A DNA stretch of 64,000 bases from Nitrospirota bacterium (GTDB lineage: Bacteria; Nitrospirota; Thermodesulfovibrionia; Thermodesulfovibrionales; Dissulfurispiraceae), in NCBI GenBank assembly GCA_963790025.1, contig CAWBMP010000004.1, positions 160,001 to 224,000 of the forward strand. The letters run 5' to 3'. The position numbers were made by a program, and so were the translations under genes. This document shows positions 20,624 through 33,579 of this stretch, piece after piece. A model generated the notes under the pieces. It ran no database searches. It saw only the letters and a list, made by a program, of their open reading frames with translations, and was not told the DNA's origin. Every line of letters starts with the position of its first letter. Position 1 is the first letter of the stretch.

Positions 20624-20642
20624 GAGAGTGGTTATAGCGATT

Positions 20643-22685
<2,043 letters not shown>

Positions 22686-23183
22686 TTATCTTTCGGCCCC
22701 TTTTGCTGTTTCATAAAGGAATCTCACCGCCTCAAGCGCTGCCTGCTCCTTATTTGAAGTCCTGTCTCCTGTGAGCCTGAGCTCTTTTGTCACGGTTTTT
22801 GCGGGCATACTCACAGCGATGTAGACAAGGCCCCGGGTCTTTCCCTCAAGCACATCGGGGCCCAGATTCCCTGTCGTAGCAAGGGCGTAATCTGTTTTAA
22901 GCAAAGCACGCGTCTTTTCTGCCATTTCGCGTGCTGCAGCATCGCTGATTATACCGTATGTCTCGATAGTGCCGGAAGCGAGGCCGAGTATGATACTTTT
23001 TGATGCATTCGAGTAAGTAACAACGCCCGCCTGAAAAAAAGCGCTCGAGCCCGGCAGCAATGTCATATAGTGGCTGATCAGCCCTCCGGTGCATGATTCG
23101 GCGACAGAAAGTGTCAACCCTTTTTTTACAAAAAGTTTATGCACATTCCTGATAATTTTCGACATCTCTTCGTTCATCTGCAT
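22686..23183 (-). CDS. pncC: CinA C-terminal domain protein / NMN deamidase
   Basis: AESCTGG, PGSS, TYSN, TGNLGP. Confidence 0.88.
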   Translation of the reverse strand: MQMNEEMSKIIRNVHKLFVKKGLTLSVAESCTGGLISHYMTLLPGSSAFFQAGVVTYSNASKSIILGLASGTIETYGIISDAAAREMAEKTRALLKTDYALATTGNLGPDVLEGKTRGLVYIAVSMPAKTVTKELRLTGDRTSNKEQAALEAVRFLYETAKGAER

Positions 23184-23320
23184 TTAAGATACTATAACCC
23201 ATGTCAGGAAATTTCTCATGCCCTGCCATTATTGCAAAACGGTATACTTGTACGATACTATATTATCGTTATGGCATCGAAATTCCCGGGGATTAAAGGA
23301 CCGGACAGCAAAATAAAGTA

Positions 23321-24583
23321 ATGGATTTATTTCAACAGGAAGAGACATCGCCGGAAAGGACCGGCGCGCCCGATACCAATGCCCCGCTCGCTTACCGCAT
23401 GGCCCCCCGCACACTCGATGAATATATAGGACAGGAGCACATTCTCGGCAAGGGCAAACTGTTGAGACGCGCCATTGAAGCCGACAGGATCAGTTCGTTA
23501 ATACTTTATGGCCCTCCAGGCACCGGCAAGACAGCGCTCGCCAGGGTAATAGCGAACATGACAAAAGCCCATTTCGAATGGCTCAACGCGGCAGTTGCAG
23601 GTCTCGATGACCTCAGAAAGATTATACAGTCGGCAAAGGCTCGCAGATTGAACGGCGTGCGCACAGTGCTCTTCCTCGATGAAATTCACCGGTTCAACAA
23701 ACTGCAGCAGGACGTGCTGCTTCCGGATGTGGAGGAAGGCGTCATTACCCTGATTGCTGCGACGGTCGAAAACCCTTTTTTCTATGTCAACTCTGCGCTT
23801 ATTTCGAGAAGCCAGGTTTTTGAACTGCAACCACTCAGCGAGCAGTCTCTTCTTCGAATCCTGGACGCGGCGGCGAATGACACAGAGCGCGGATTGGGCG
23901 GCCTGAAAATCGCGGTCGATAGTGACGCACTGCGCCATATGGCAAAAATGTCTGCCGGCGATGCCAGGAAAGCGCTGTCCGCCCTGGAGCTTGCAGTGCT
24001 GTCCACCCCTCCGGGTGAAGACGGCGCCCTGCATGTGACGCTTTCTACGGCAGAGGAATCGATCCAGAAAAAGGCCGTTGTATACGATAAAAAAGGTGAC
24101 CAGCACTATGACACGATCTCGGCTTTCATAAAAAGCATGCGCGGCTCTGATCCTGATGCGGCTGTATATTATCTTGCCAAAATGCTTTATGCAGGAGAAG
24201 ACCCTCGTTTTATAGCGCGCAGGATAGTAATATGTGCTTCAGAGGATGTAGGCGATGCCGATCCTATGGCTTTAGTTATTGCGACGTCGGCACTGAGAGC
24301 AGTTGAATTTGTCGGCATGCCCGAGGGTAGAATACCTCTTGCCCAGGCTGCCATCTATATTGCTTCTGCCCCGAAAAGCAATGCCTGTTACCGTGCAATC
24401 GAGGCGGCGCTGGATGATATAAAAAATGAAGAGACGATGGAAGTGCCGGATCATTTAAAAGACAGCAGCTATCCCGGAGCCAAGAAACTCGGCCACGGGA
24501 AAGGCTACAAGTATCCCCATGATTACGGCGGTCATGTAGAGCAGGAATATCTCAAGAAGAAACGAAGCTATTATAAACCATAA
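23321..24583 (+). CDS. rarA: Replication-associated recombination protein A (AAA+)
   Basis: GPPGTGKT, DEIHRFNK, SAFIKSMRGSD, ASEDVG, YKYPHDY. Confidence 0.96.
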   Translation: MDLFQQEETSPERTGAPDTNAPLAYRMAPRTLDEYIGQEHILGKGKLLRRAIEADRISSLILYGPPGTGKTALARVIANMTKAHFEWLNAAVAGLDDLRKIIQSAKARRLNGVRTVLFLDEIHRFNKLQQDVLLPDVEEGVITLIAATVENPFFYVNSALISRSQVFELQPLSEQSLLRILDAAANDTERGLGGLKIAVDSDALRHMAKMSAGDARKALSALELAVLSTPPGEDGALHVTLSTAEESIQKKAVVYDKKGDQHYDTISAFIKSMRGSDPDAAVYYLAKMLYAGEDPRFIARRIVICASEDVGDADPMALVIATSALRAVEFVGMPEGRIPLAQAAIYIASAPKSNACYRAIEAALDDIKNEETMEVPDHLKDSSYPGAKKLGHGKGYKYPHDYGGHVEQEYLKKKRSYYKP

Positions 24584-24587
24584 AAAC

Positions 24588-24669
24588 CAGGCGATAGGCT
24601 ACAGGCTATTGGAATAATATCTTTTCTGTTGCTTTGACCTGTCGCCTATTGCCTATTGCCTATCCCTTA
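24588..24669. repeat. Inverted heptamer-repeat array (YAGGCKA ... TYGCCTA); possible terminator hairpin
   Basis: caggcga taggcta caggcta ... tgacctg tcgccta ttgccta ttgccta tccctta. Confidence 0.7.
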
Positions 24670-24683
24670 TGTTTTAATTATCC

Positions 24684-25433
24684 ATGATTAAGCTTGTTTT
24701 ACTGAGACATGGTGAAAGTACGTGGAACAAGGAAAACAGATTTACCGGGTGGACAGATGTGGACCTGTCGGAAAAGGGAATCGGCGAGGCTAAAAAAGCC
24801 GGTCACGTCCTGAAAGATGCCGGATTCGACTTTGATATCGCATTTACATCGGTACTGAAACGGGCCATAAGAACTTTGTGGATTGTCCTGGACCAAATGG
24901 ACCTGATGTGGATTCCCGTATACCGGTCGTGGCGTTTAAATGAGCGGCATTACGGCGCATTGCAGGGACTGAATAAGTCCCAGACGGCAGCCTGCTACGG
25001 AGAGGAACAAGTGCATATATGGCGCAGGAGCTTTGACGTCCCGCCTATTGCTCTCGAAATTACAGATCCCCGTTATCCCGGAAACGATCCGCGTTACAAA
25101 GATCTCAGCAGCAGCGAACTGCCGTTGGCTGAAAGTTTAAAAGATACTATCGCACGGTTTCTTCCTTATTGGCATGAGGTTATTGCCCCTGCCGTACATT
25201 CCGGCAAGAAGGCAATAATCGCAGCGCATGGAAATTCCCTCAGGGCCCTTGTAAAATATCTCGACGCTGTCCCCGACAACGACATCGTGGGATTGAATAT
25301 ACCTACAGGCATCCCCCTGGTTTATGAGCTTGATGACAACCTGAAGCCGCTTAAGCACTATTATCTCGGCGATGTTGCGGAAATTGAAAAAGCGGTGCAA
25401 AAAGTGGCGGGACAGGGAAAAGTATCGGAATAG
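24684..25433 (+). CDS. gpmA: 2,3-BPG-dependent phosphoglycerate mutase
   Basis: [27 protein letters not shown]. Confidence 0.97.
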   Translation: MIKLVLLRHGESTWNKENRFTGWTDVDLSEKGIGEAKKAGHVLKDAGFDFDIAFTSVLKRAIRTLWIVLDQMDLMWIPVYRSWRLNERHYGALQGLNKSQTAACYGEEQVHIWRRSFDVPPIALEITDPRYPGNDPRYKDLSSSELPLAESLKDTIARFLPYWHEVIAPAVHSGKKAIIAAHGNSLRALVKYLDAVPDNDIVGLNIPTGIPLVYELDDNLKPLKHYYLGDVAEIEKAVQKVAGQGKVSE

Positions 25434-25512
25434 CGTCAAAGGAAGTAGTTTCAGCACACAGAGAAACAGCTCGCCCCCTGCCGATATCCACACCTCTTTG
25501 TTATAATAAAAG

Positions 25513-27381
25513 ATGCTGCAAGTAAGCGATCTGTCTAAAGCATACGGACAACAGGTTATCTTCGATGGGGTGAGCTTCACGGTCGGTCCGGGAGAGCGCA
25601 TCGGACTGGTAGGCAGAAACGGGCACGGCAAAACAACCCTCTTCCGCATGATACTCGGTGAGGAGAAGCCTGATGATGGGATAATCAGCGTCCCTGTCGG
25701 CTATACCGTCGGCCACCTCTCCCAGCATATCCGTTTCACCCGTCCAACCGTACTGGAAGAAGGATGCCTTGGACTGCCTGCATCAGAGGACGGCAGGGAT
25801 GAATCCTATAAAGTAAAAACCATCCTCACCGGACTCGGCCTTTCCCCGGATGATTTCGACCGGAGCCCCCACTCACTCTCAGGCGGATACCAGATACGTC
25901 TGAATCTGGCCAAAGTGCTGGTGGAGGCGCCCAACCTCCTTCTCCTCGATGAGCCGACAAATTACCTCGATATCGTTTCCATACGCTGGCTGACCCAATT
26001 TTTGCGCAACTGGAAAAACGAACTGATCTTAATTACGCACGACAGGGACTTTATGGACAGCGTAACCACCCATACTATGGCCATCCACCGGTGCAAGATG
26101 AGAAAAATAGCCGGTCCGACCGGGAAGCTTTATGACCAGTTGCTGCAGGAGGAGGAAGTCTACGAGCAGACAAGGATAAACGAGGGAAAAAAACGTAAAG
26201 AGGTGGAACAGTTTATCAATCGTTTCAGGGCCCAGGCAACCAAAGCGAAGGCAGTGCAGTCAAAAATCAAGGCACTGCAAAAGAAGGGGAACCTGGAAAA
26301 AAAAACCCAGGCAAAAAACCTCGATTTCGAATTCAATTCTGCATCCTTCAACGGAAAATATCTGCTTGAGGCAAACAACATCTCTTTTTCATTTCCCCAT
26401 GAAGGACCGCTCATCAACAGCTTCAGCCTTACCGTAGGAAAAAACGACCGGATTGCAGTGATAGGAAAAAACGGTAAAGGGAAAACAACACTCCTTAATC
26501 TGCTGGCCGGAGAATTACCTCCTTCGAAAGGGACTGTTACACAGAACCCTAAATTGCAACTTGCCTACTTTGGACAGACCAACATCAACCGTCTCAACCC
26601 GGACAAGACAGTTGAGGATGAAATAATCGATGTGCTCCCAGAATACAGCAGAAAGGTCGCACGCTCAATCTGCGGCATTATGATGTTTGAAGGAGACAAG
26701 GCTCTGAAGAAAATAGAGGTCCTTTCCGGCGGAGAAAAAAGCCGCGTGATGCTCGGCAAGCTTCTGGTGGGCCCTGCCAATCTGCTCATGCTCGATGAGC
26801 CGACCAATCACCTCGATATGGAATCGATCGACTCACTGCTGGAGGCGTTATCTGCATTTGACGGCGCCGTCATAATCGTCACCCACAGTGAAATGATCCT
26901 TAACGCACTTGCTGCCAGGCTCGTAGTATTCGATGATGACCGCGTGAGCGTATTCGAAGGCACCTATCAGGATTTTCTAGACAGAGTCGGATGGGCGAAT
27001 GAAACGAGTACAGAGTGCTGCGAACAGGGGACTGTGCCCATGAATAAAACAACATCCATGAACGCTGTACGCTCCAAGAAAGATATGCGAAGGATCAAGG
27101 CCGAACTGGTCGGCGACAAGGGTAAAGTCCTCGGAGCGCTCAAAAAAAGGATCGCCGAAATCGAAACGATCATAATAGAATTAGAGCAGAAAGTTAATGA
27201 CGACACAAAAGCACTATTGGACGTTTCAGTGAAAAGCGAAAGTGCGGCAATAAAAAGCCTGTCAAAGTCGCTGCATAATACGCAAAAACAGATTGAGGTC
27301 CTTTTTGATGAGCTGTCAACTCTCACCGAAGAACTCGAATGTAAAACAAAGGCATTCGAAGAGAGGCTCAGTTCATTGTAA
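25513..27381 (+). CDS. ABC-F family ATPase
   Basis: Two ABC domains (GRNGHGKTT/LSGG/LDEPTN; GKNGKGKTT/LSGGE/LDEPTN), no TM segments, C-terminal coiled coil. Confidence 0.93.
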   Translation: MLQVSDLSKAYGQQVIFDGVSFTVGPGERIGLVGRNGHGKTTLFRMILGEEKPDDGIISVPVGYTVGHLSQHIRFTRPTVLEEGCLGLPASEDGRDESYKVKTILTGLGLSPDDFDRSPHSLSGGYQIRLNLAKVLVEAPNLLLLDEPTNYLDIVSIRWLTQFLRNWKNELILITHDRDFMDSVTTHTMAIHRCKMRKIAGPTGKLYDQLLQEEEVYEQTRINEGKKRKEVEQFINRFRAQATKAKAVQSKIKALQKKGNLEKKTQAKNLDFEFNSASFNGKYLLEANNISFSFPHEGPLINSFSLTVGKNDRIAVIGKNGKGKTTLLNLLAGELPPSKGTVTQNPKLQLAYFGQTNINRLNPDKTVEDEIIDVLPEYSRKVARSICGIMMFEGDKALKKIEVLSGGEKSRVMLGKLLVGPANLLMLDEPTNHLDMESIDSLLEALSAFDGAVIIVTHSEMILNALAARLVVFDDDRVSVFEGTYQDFLDRVGWANETSTECCEQGTVPMNKTTSMNAVRSKKDMRRIKAELVGDKGKVLGALKKRIAEIETIIIELEQKVNDDTKALLDVSVKSESAAIKSLSKSLHNTQKQIEVLFDELSTLTEELECKTKAFEERLSSL

Positions 27382-27407
27382 AATCAAATCCTGCGACAAA
27401 GAAAAGT

Positions 27408-28904
27408 TCAGAACGTTATCTTTTTTTCCGCCATCCGGGCCTTGAGGAGTTCTCCCAGGCTTCCGAGCGTCCCTGATGACTGCTCTTCACTCTTAAGCGA
27501 ATCCTTGTAACGCTTGTAGTCTGCCTGTTCTTCCTTCTCCTTCAGTGCCTTCCGGCTCAGCAGCACTTTGCCGCGCGCTGTATCAACTTCACGCACACCG
27601 ACCTGCATTGTTGACCCGGCTGGAAACATACGGCTGTGGTCCGATCCATTCGGTGTATCCATCTCGGAATTGGGGACAAGCCCTGTGAGATCATCACTTA
27701 TTTTTACAAACACCCCGAAAGGCATGACCTTGTCGACTGTTCCATCTATAATTTCGCCAACGGAAGGCAGGACGATTTTTTTCTCCTCGCGTTTGGGCTG
27801 CAGGGAAAGAGAAAACTTCCTGTTCTGAGGATCGACCGCGAGCACATATGCTTCAACCTGCTGGCCGACCTCAACAACCTCTTTCGGATGGTTTATGCGA
27901 CGACCCGCACCGAGATTCGAGATGTGGACCAAACCGTCTATGCCGGGTTCAACTGAAACAAAAGCGCCAAAGGGCACCAATCTGACAATAGTACCGTTCA
28001 CTTTTCCGCCCACTGAATACTTCTCAGTCGCACCGCTCCACGGGTCGGGCTGCGTCGCCTTGATGCTCACAGTCAGGCGCATCTTGTCCCAATCCAGCGA
28101 TAAAACCCTTACCGTCACTTCCTGTCCCGGCGACAGCACCTCTTCAGGCTTCTCTATCCTGCTCCATGAGATCTCGCTGAAAGGGACCAGTCCGTCAATG
28201 CCTCCGAGGTCGACAAAAGCTCCGAAATTCTGAAGAGAGCGCACCTTCGCGGTAATGTCCATGCCGATGGCAATTGTTTCTTTAAGATGGTCAATGCGGG
28301 CCTGGCGTTCCTCTTCAAGTATGGCGCGGCGAGAAACCACGATATTACGGCCGTCCTCTTTATAATCCAGCACCTTGACAGGGAATGTCTTGCCCACATA
28401 TTCTGCCCCGGATTTTCCACCTCTTTTTAGGCTGATATGCGACCCGGGGCAAAAACATGATACACCGTCGATCGAGACCTCGAACCCACCTTTTATCTCA
28501 CGCTTAAACTCTCCGTCTATCGGTGTACCGGCTTTGAAGGCGTCCTGTATTGCTTCAAGACGCAGGGAGGAATAACCATGGACCAGCGTTGTGAGTTGCC
28601 TGATGCCGTCCTGCACAGACTTGAAAAAGGCATCGATAACGTCACCCTCGCTCACCCGGCATATTCCATTTTCGTCGATAAATTCGCTGAGAGCTATCAT
28701 TCCCTCGCTCTTTCCGCCGAGATCGATAAACACCTCATCGCCGGAAATACTGATCACTTTGGCCCTGACCTTCTGCCCGGGCTTGAGTCTGTCAGAAGCC
28801 GCGCCGTTCTTCTCCAGCAGGGCGGCAAAACTCTCTTCCTCAAGGGAAATCATTTCCTGCCCGGCAACATTTAATGCCGCATCTTTTACGCAATCATCAG
28901 TCAT
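27408..28904 (-). CDS. rpsA: 30S ribosomal protein S1 homolog (about five S1 domains)
   Basis: IDLGGKSEG, NIVVSRR, FGAFVDLGGIDGL, DGLVHIS; may be a paralog. Confidence 0.8.
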   Translation of the reverse strand: MTDDCVKDAALNVAGQEMISLEEESFAALLEKNGAASDRLKPGQKVRAKVISISGDEVFIDLGGKSEGMIALSEFIDENGICRVSEGDVIDAFFKSVQDGIRQLTTLVHGYSSLRLEAIQDAFKAGTPIDGEFKREIKGGFEVSIDGVSCFCPGSHISLKRGGKSGAEYVGKTFPVKVLDYKEDGRNIVVSRRAILEEERQARIDHLKETIAIGMDITAKVRSLQNFGAFVDLGGIDGLVPFSEISWSRIEKPEEVLSPGQEVTVRVLSLDWDKMRLTVSIKATQPDPWSGATEKYSVGGKVNGTIVRLVPFGAFVSVEPGIDGLVHISNLGAGRRINHPKEVVEVGQQVEAYVLAVDPQNRKFSLSLQPKREEKKIVLPSVGEIIDGTVDKVMPFGVFVKISDDLTGLVPNSEMDTPNGSDHSRMFPAGSTMQVGVREVDTARGKVLLSRKALKEKEEQADYKRYKDSLKSEEQSSGTLGSLGELLKARMAEKKITF

Positions 28905-29059
28905 ATGTTGTACCTCTCATTGAAATTATGTGCACAATAGCCTTTATCAGAACAAAAGGTAAAAAAAGCAATAAAGGAATGCGCTGAAACAAATGTCTTA
29001 CAGTATAGAAGATTAGAGCAACTCCCGTCAAACAAAAGAGCGTGCGGTCCTTTTTCACT

Positions 29060-29089
29060 TTGACACTTTGACACTATGATAACTATAAT
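29060..29089 (+). promoter_or_regulatory. Consensus sigma70 promoter TTGACA-N18-TATAAT overlapped by 8-bp direct repeats
   Basis: TTGACA 29060-65, TATAAT 29084-89; repeats ctttgaca ctttgaca ctatgata. Confidence 0.75.
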
Positions 29090-29098
29090 TAAACAAGA

Positions 29099-29260
29099 AT
29101 GGAAAAAGAGGAGCAGCCCAAGAAGAATCCGTGCCCCGATTGCACATTTTGCCAATGTTGCAGTGAAACTCGCTGCGGCATGTGCCGGCCGCCTGCAAAC
29201 AAAAAAATAAAAAAACAAAACAAATTAAAGGAACACAAACCTCTTTTCAGGGCATACTGA
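29099..29260 (+). CDS. Small Cys-rich protein (53 aa), absent from the ORF track
   Basis: MEKEEQPKKNPCPDCTFCQCCSETRCGMCRPPANKKIKKQNKLKEHKPLFRAY; consensus promoter directly upstream. Confidence 0.65.
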   Translation: MEKEEQPKKNPCPDCTFCQCCSETRCGMCRPPANKKIKKQNKLKEHKPLFRAY

Positions 29261-29302
29261 CGGATATCCTGATTAAGGAGAGGACCCGCAGGGGCAGGTT
29301 TT

Positions 29303-29983
29303 TTATCTGCCGCTCAGAAGAAGTAGTTTGGCTTTCCAAGCCCACTTTCTCTCCATCTTGCGCTTGTAAAGCGGCGAAGCCTTGAATACGGAGATGGCCT
29401 TCTTAAGATACTCCTTTCCCTCATTCATCTTCCCTGTTTTTGTCTTCACAAGACCCATCTGATAGAACCCCTGCGTGCTTGAAAGATGCACCTTCAGAAA
29501 GCGTTCAAGGAGGGGTTCAGCTTCGGCGTATGCTCCGGTATCAATATACACTTCTGCCATTGCAAGATATGGGTCCCCGTATTTCAACCCCGGCGCAGTG
29601 CGCAGAGCATCATCCACCAGCATTCGTCCCTTTTCTACGGCACCGGTCCTGGCCATAGCGACACCGCGGTAATAATTGAATTCAGGGTCATCGGACATTT
29701 TTGAGGAGGCCCTGGCAAAATATTGGAGGGCTTCCTGATAATTCTTCTTTTCAAACATAAAGATACCAAGTTCTTTCAGAGACCTGGCATCGTGCGGATT
29801 GATTGCAACAATCCGCTGCAATTCCCTTATCCTCCCGGCCGCCTTGAACAGCCGCATCGGATCAGGAACAAAACCATAATATCTCCTGTCTATCGCCAGA
29901 TAAACTGCAAGGATAATAATCACCGCCAGAATAGGACTTCCGGTAAGCCATGAGAGAAAGATGAACAGGATAAACTTACTCAC
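29303..29983 (-). CDS. Membrane-anchored TPR protein
   Basis: Hydrophobic N-terminus and TPR-like helices; GTG start behind GGAGG. Confidence 0.8.
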   Translation of the reverse strand: MSKFILFIFLSWLTGSPILAVIIILAVYLAIDRRYYGFVPDPMRLFKAAGRIRELQRIVAINPHDARSLKELGIFMFEKKNYQEALQYFARASSKMSDDPEFNYYRGVAMARTGAVEKGRMLVDDALRTAPGLKYGDPYLAMAEVYIDTGAYAEAEPLLERFLKVHLSSTQGFYQMGLVKTKTGKMNEGKEYLKKAISVFKASPLYKRKMERKWAWKAKLLLLSGR

Positions 29984-30136
29984 TACTGTGTCCTCCGAAC
30001 GGATAAAAAACTTCCCGTTGACGCATGTGTCATATCATATCAAATACTCAAACTGCGCGCAATTATGAGAAAAAAATATTAATGATAGGACCGGCAGGGG
30101 CAGGCTTTTTTTTGGCATCAGTGTAAAATATAAAGT

Positions 30137-33100
30137 ATGAAACTGAACAGGACGCTTTTGTGGAGGTTTTTCTGGGGGACCGCTGTCCTGTTGCTTGCCG
30201 TCCTCTTTGCCTTCACCTATTCGGGTTATCTCAACATAAAAAAAATCCTGCGCGATGAAATCACCTCAAACGCCACCGCCCTTATCGGCCAGCGGGTTGA
30301 ACTTCAGGATATCTCATTTAGCGCACTGTCAGCTGCCCTGAAATATCCCGGATTTATTGGTCGCCCGGCCCTCCATCTTCACAATATTGCCATACAAAAT
30401 CCTGATGGTTTTGCTCATGGTCAGCTTGTGCGAATAAAAGAGCTTGTCATCTCTCCTGACATGCGGGCCCTTGTAAAAGGAAGAATACATCTTACGGAAA
30501 TTGCCGTCTCTTCTCCAGAAATCAACCTTATGCACAATGCAAAAGGGGACCTCAATATTTCAGAAAAGCTCAGGCAATTTTTCTCAAAAAAGTCCACGAG
30601 TACGTATCAGGTGGATACTTTAAGCATCCGATCAGGCAGCTTCGGCCTTGACAGCAAGAAACGTTTTGGCCTTACTGCCATCAATCTGGAAATGAACGGC
30701 ATTTCGTCTCAGAGAGACACTAAGACAATAATAAAGGGCAGCCTTACCCATGCCGGCGCCAATAAAATTCTGCTCGATGGCGGGGCCTATCTCAAGAACG
30801 TCCCCTTGCGTTTTGCCCTTACCGTTTCATCGCCTGGCTTTGCTCCAATTTCCTTAAGCGGCAATCCCGAGAAATACGATAGCCCGCTTGTCAAGACTGC
30901 CATGGAAGTAAAACTGGTCCTGGAGGGTGATCCGGAAACGGGTATTCATATTACATCCCATATTACCTCGCATGGTCCCGTCGTCACTCCAAAAAGTCTC
31001 CGGCTTTTGGCTCGCGATGCCCCTGCTGCAGGCGGGGACCCAGTCCCTTACCTAAAAAATTTTCGATTCTTATCTCTTGATGCCGACGCCTTCTATGATG
31101 TCCGTAAACATTCACTTGTGGTCCGCGATGCAACCCTGCTGACCGATGTCTCTGTCATGGCTCATATGACCGGCGTGATTAGCAATCTCAATGACAAGCC
31201 TTCTTACAGTGCGCACGCGAAAATAACAGGCCTCGACCTGTCAGCGCTCCGTATCTCAGAGGCTTACAAAGTCAGCGGAAGGGTCACATCCGATGACCTC
31301 TCGGTAAAGGGGACCTTCGCCGGGGTCTTTCCATTGTTATCAGGCTCTGTCCGAATAGAAGGTGCGGCATTCAAATCTAAAGATTTTGTTCTCGATAAAA
31401 TCAACGGTGATATTTATCTTTCATTTTCATCCGGTAAGGCGTTCACTGTCACCACCGGGATGTCGGCAAATGTACAAAAAATAAAAGACACAGTGTTACA
31501 AAAACCACCTTCCGTAAAACTCGCCCTCGCCGCTCAGGGGACACCTGCTGCAGCAACTTTACATACATCGGCATCCGTTGCAGCATTCTCACTTCCCGTC
31601 AGGAACGGTAAAACAGCGTCTTTCGGCAACGCCCATCTAATTATAGACGGCTCACTTCGCACGACCGGCAGGGAACATATTTTCTCGGGTAGAAGCTCTA
31701 TAGGAATAAGTGACCTGCTCTATAACGATAGACATATCCCATTGCTTCAAAGCAGTGCTGATTTTAATTATAGTGACAACACTATCGCCCTTAAAGCGCT
31801 GAGGCTGGAAACAAAAGATATCCGTTCATTTGCAGATGACACAACCCTGAGATTCGACGGACACAACAAAAGTTACACAGCTGACTTGAGCAGTGTCGAC
31901 ATTTCGTTCCCGGGACAAAAGACAGAATTCAAAAACGGCATGTTTCATATTGCGGCGTCAAGCCGGGCACTCAACACGCTGTCCATAAACGATTTGAGTG
32001 CCCGGTTTTCGGTCGGCAACATCCTGTTTCACGATGAGGCCCTCGGCTCAATATCGGGAAGCTGCAGATTTGATACGGAAAACTTTTATCTTGACGGATT
32101 GCGGGCCGCTTTGCCTTCAGGAAATATAGCGTTAAATGCTCAGGGAAAGCTTGCTGGCGCTCCTTTTCCGTTAAGAATAAACGCGGTTGCAAAGGACCTC
32201 GATCTCGGACAGATCTCCTTGATTTATGCTGAATCAACGGCGCCCACTTACCAGTTGTCCGGAAAGCTTGGGACTGCAAGTTTTGACGGTTCCATAGAGA
32301 AGACCGGTTTCTTTCAAGGCAATGCAGTGCTGGATGTGCAAAATCTGACCGTATCCGCTGCTCACGCAAAACGTCCCTTGATAAAGGATTGGACCCTGGC
32401 CGGCCGTCTCGACTTTAAAGGTAAGGACCTCGATTTTTCCGCGCATGCCGGAAACAGGGGAGTGGCTGCCGACACTTACGGTTCAATAAAAAATTTTTCT
32501 GAAACAAATAGAACCGCAGTAATCAATATCCTCATACCCGAGACGCAGGCGGCAAGCGTGCGCGAGGCCTTCTGGGACATCTTTCCCGATAGTCTGCTTT
32601 ATACCGGTTTGGACGGCGCTGCTTCATCGGAAATCCTGCTGAGACACGGTCCGGCAGGAACAAACATCACCGGGAACATCACGCTTAAAAACCTCTCTGT
32701 CTCCGGGGAGAACGGTGAATATACAATCGGACCTGTTGATGGCATACTACCCATCGTATATGCCGAGACCCCAGGCGAACAGGAGAAAATAACCATGCCT
32801 CCATTCGACCGCGCTGAATTTGATATGCTCTCCAGGACCTATTCCGGCCGGTTTACCGGCGAGGGATACAACAGGATTACCGTCGCCTCGCTGCGCTACG
32901 GCTTCAGGCTGCTCGATTCTGTCAGTCTTTGGGTAAAGCAGAAAGGGACCGCACTGGATGTAGGGAGATTCAGTGCAAACATCTTCGGTGGGACGCTCAA
33001 TGGGGCCGCCTTTGCAACCATTGGAAAAGGCGTGAATTATCGAATCGGCTTCATTGTCGACGGACTTAGCCTGACTTCGCTCTGCAACGGCATAGAGCCG

Positions 33101-33490
33101 ATCAAGGGATACATTTCAGGAAAACTTAACGGGACAGCCTCATTAAGAGGGACAGGCGCAAATTTGTCCGGGTTAATCGGAAAAGCTGATTTTTGGACAT
33201 ATAGTGACAAAAATGAAAAGACAAAAATCAGCAAGGAATTTCTGCAGAAAGTAGGCGGCCCAAGCATGGGATCATATCTCAGCGAAAAAAATTTTGATAC
33301 AGGAATAATGAGCGTCTACGCACAAAAAGGTGATCTGGTTTTTGAGCGACTGGAAATATCCAACAGGAATTTTTTAGGCATGAAAGACCTTTCGATCAAA
33401 GTTGCCCCGTTAAATAACCGGATCTCCATCGACGACCTGATGTGGGAATTGGTAGAAGCGGCGCACAGGGCGGAGTCGAAAGGTCAGTAA
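30137..33490 (+). CDS. AsmA-like (YdbH/DUF748-type) periplasm-spanning protein
   Basis: 1117 aa; single N-terminal TM segment, beta-rich; followed by a DUF1318 gene. Confidence 0.7.
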   Translation: MKLNRTLLWRFFWGTAVLLLAVLFAFTYSGYLNIKKILRDEITSNATALIGQRVELQDISFSALSAALKYPGFIGRPALHLHNIAIQNPDGFAHGQLVRIKELVISPDMRALVKGRIHLTEIAVSSPEINLMHNAKGDLNISEKLRQFFSKKSTSTYQVDTLSIRSGSFGLDSKKRFGLTAINLEMNGISSQRDTKTIIKGSLTHAGANKILLDGGAYLKNVPLRFALTVSSPGFAPISLSGNPEKYDSPLVKTAMEVKLVLEGDPETGIHITSHITSHGPVVTPKSLRLLARDAPAAGGDPVPYLKNFRFLSLDADAFYDVRKHSLVVRDATLLTDVSVMAHMTGVISNLNDKPSYSAHAKITGLDLSALRISEAYKVSGRVTSDDLSVKGTFAGVFPLLSGSVRIEGAAFKSKDFVLDKINGDIYLSFSSGKAFTVTTGMSANVQKIKDTVLQKPPSVKLALAAQGTPAAATLHTSASVAAFSLPVRNGKTASFGNAHLIIDGSLRTTGREHIFSGRSSIGISDLLYNDRHIPLLQSSADFNYSDNTIALKALRLETKDIRSFADDTTLRFDGHNKSYTADLSSVDISFPGQKTEFKNGMFHIAASSRALNTLSINDLSARFSVGNILFHDEALGSISGSCRFDTENFYLDGLRAALPSGNIALNAQGKLAGAPFPLRINAVAKDLDLGQISLIYAESTAPTYQLSGKLGTASFDGSIEKTGFFQGNAVLDVQNLTVSAAHAKRPLIKDWTLAGRLDFKGKDLDFSAHAGNRGVAADTYGSIKNFSETNRTAVINILIPETQAASVREAFWDIFPDSLLYTGLDGAASSEILLRHGPAGTNITGNITLKNLSVSGENGEYTIGPVDGILPIVYAETPGEQEKITMPPFDRAEFDMLSRTYSGRFTGEGYNRITVASLRYGFRLLDSVSLWVKQKGTALDVGRFSANIFGGTLNGAAFATIGKGVNYRIGFIVDGLSLTSLCNGIEPIKGYISGKLNGTASLRGTGANLSGLIGKADFWTYSDKNEKTKISKEFLQKVGGPSMGSYLSEKNFDTGIMSVYAQKGDLVFERLEISNRNFLGMKDLSIKVAPLNNRISIDDLMWELVEAAHRAESKGQ

Positions 33491-33579
33491 TATGCACCGG
33501 GTGAAAGAAAAACGGAAATGATTTAATATTAATAAGCGGTAAGCCGACGAGCTGTTGAACTGACAAGGAGGATTACAAC

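Noticed and set aside
28901..29385. ORF-track calls 28901..29218 (-) and 29182..29385 (+)
   Set aside because: No motifs; the Cys-rich ORF 29099..29260 with its promoter explains the region better.
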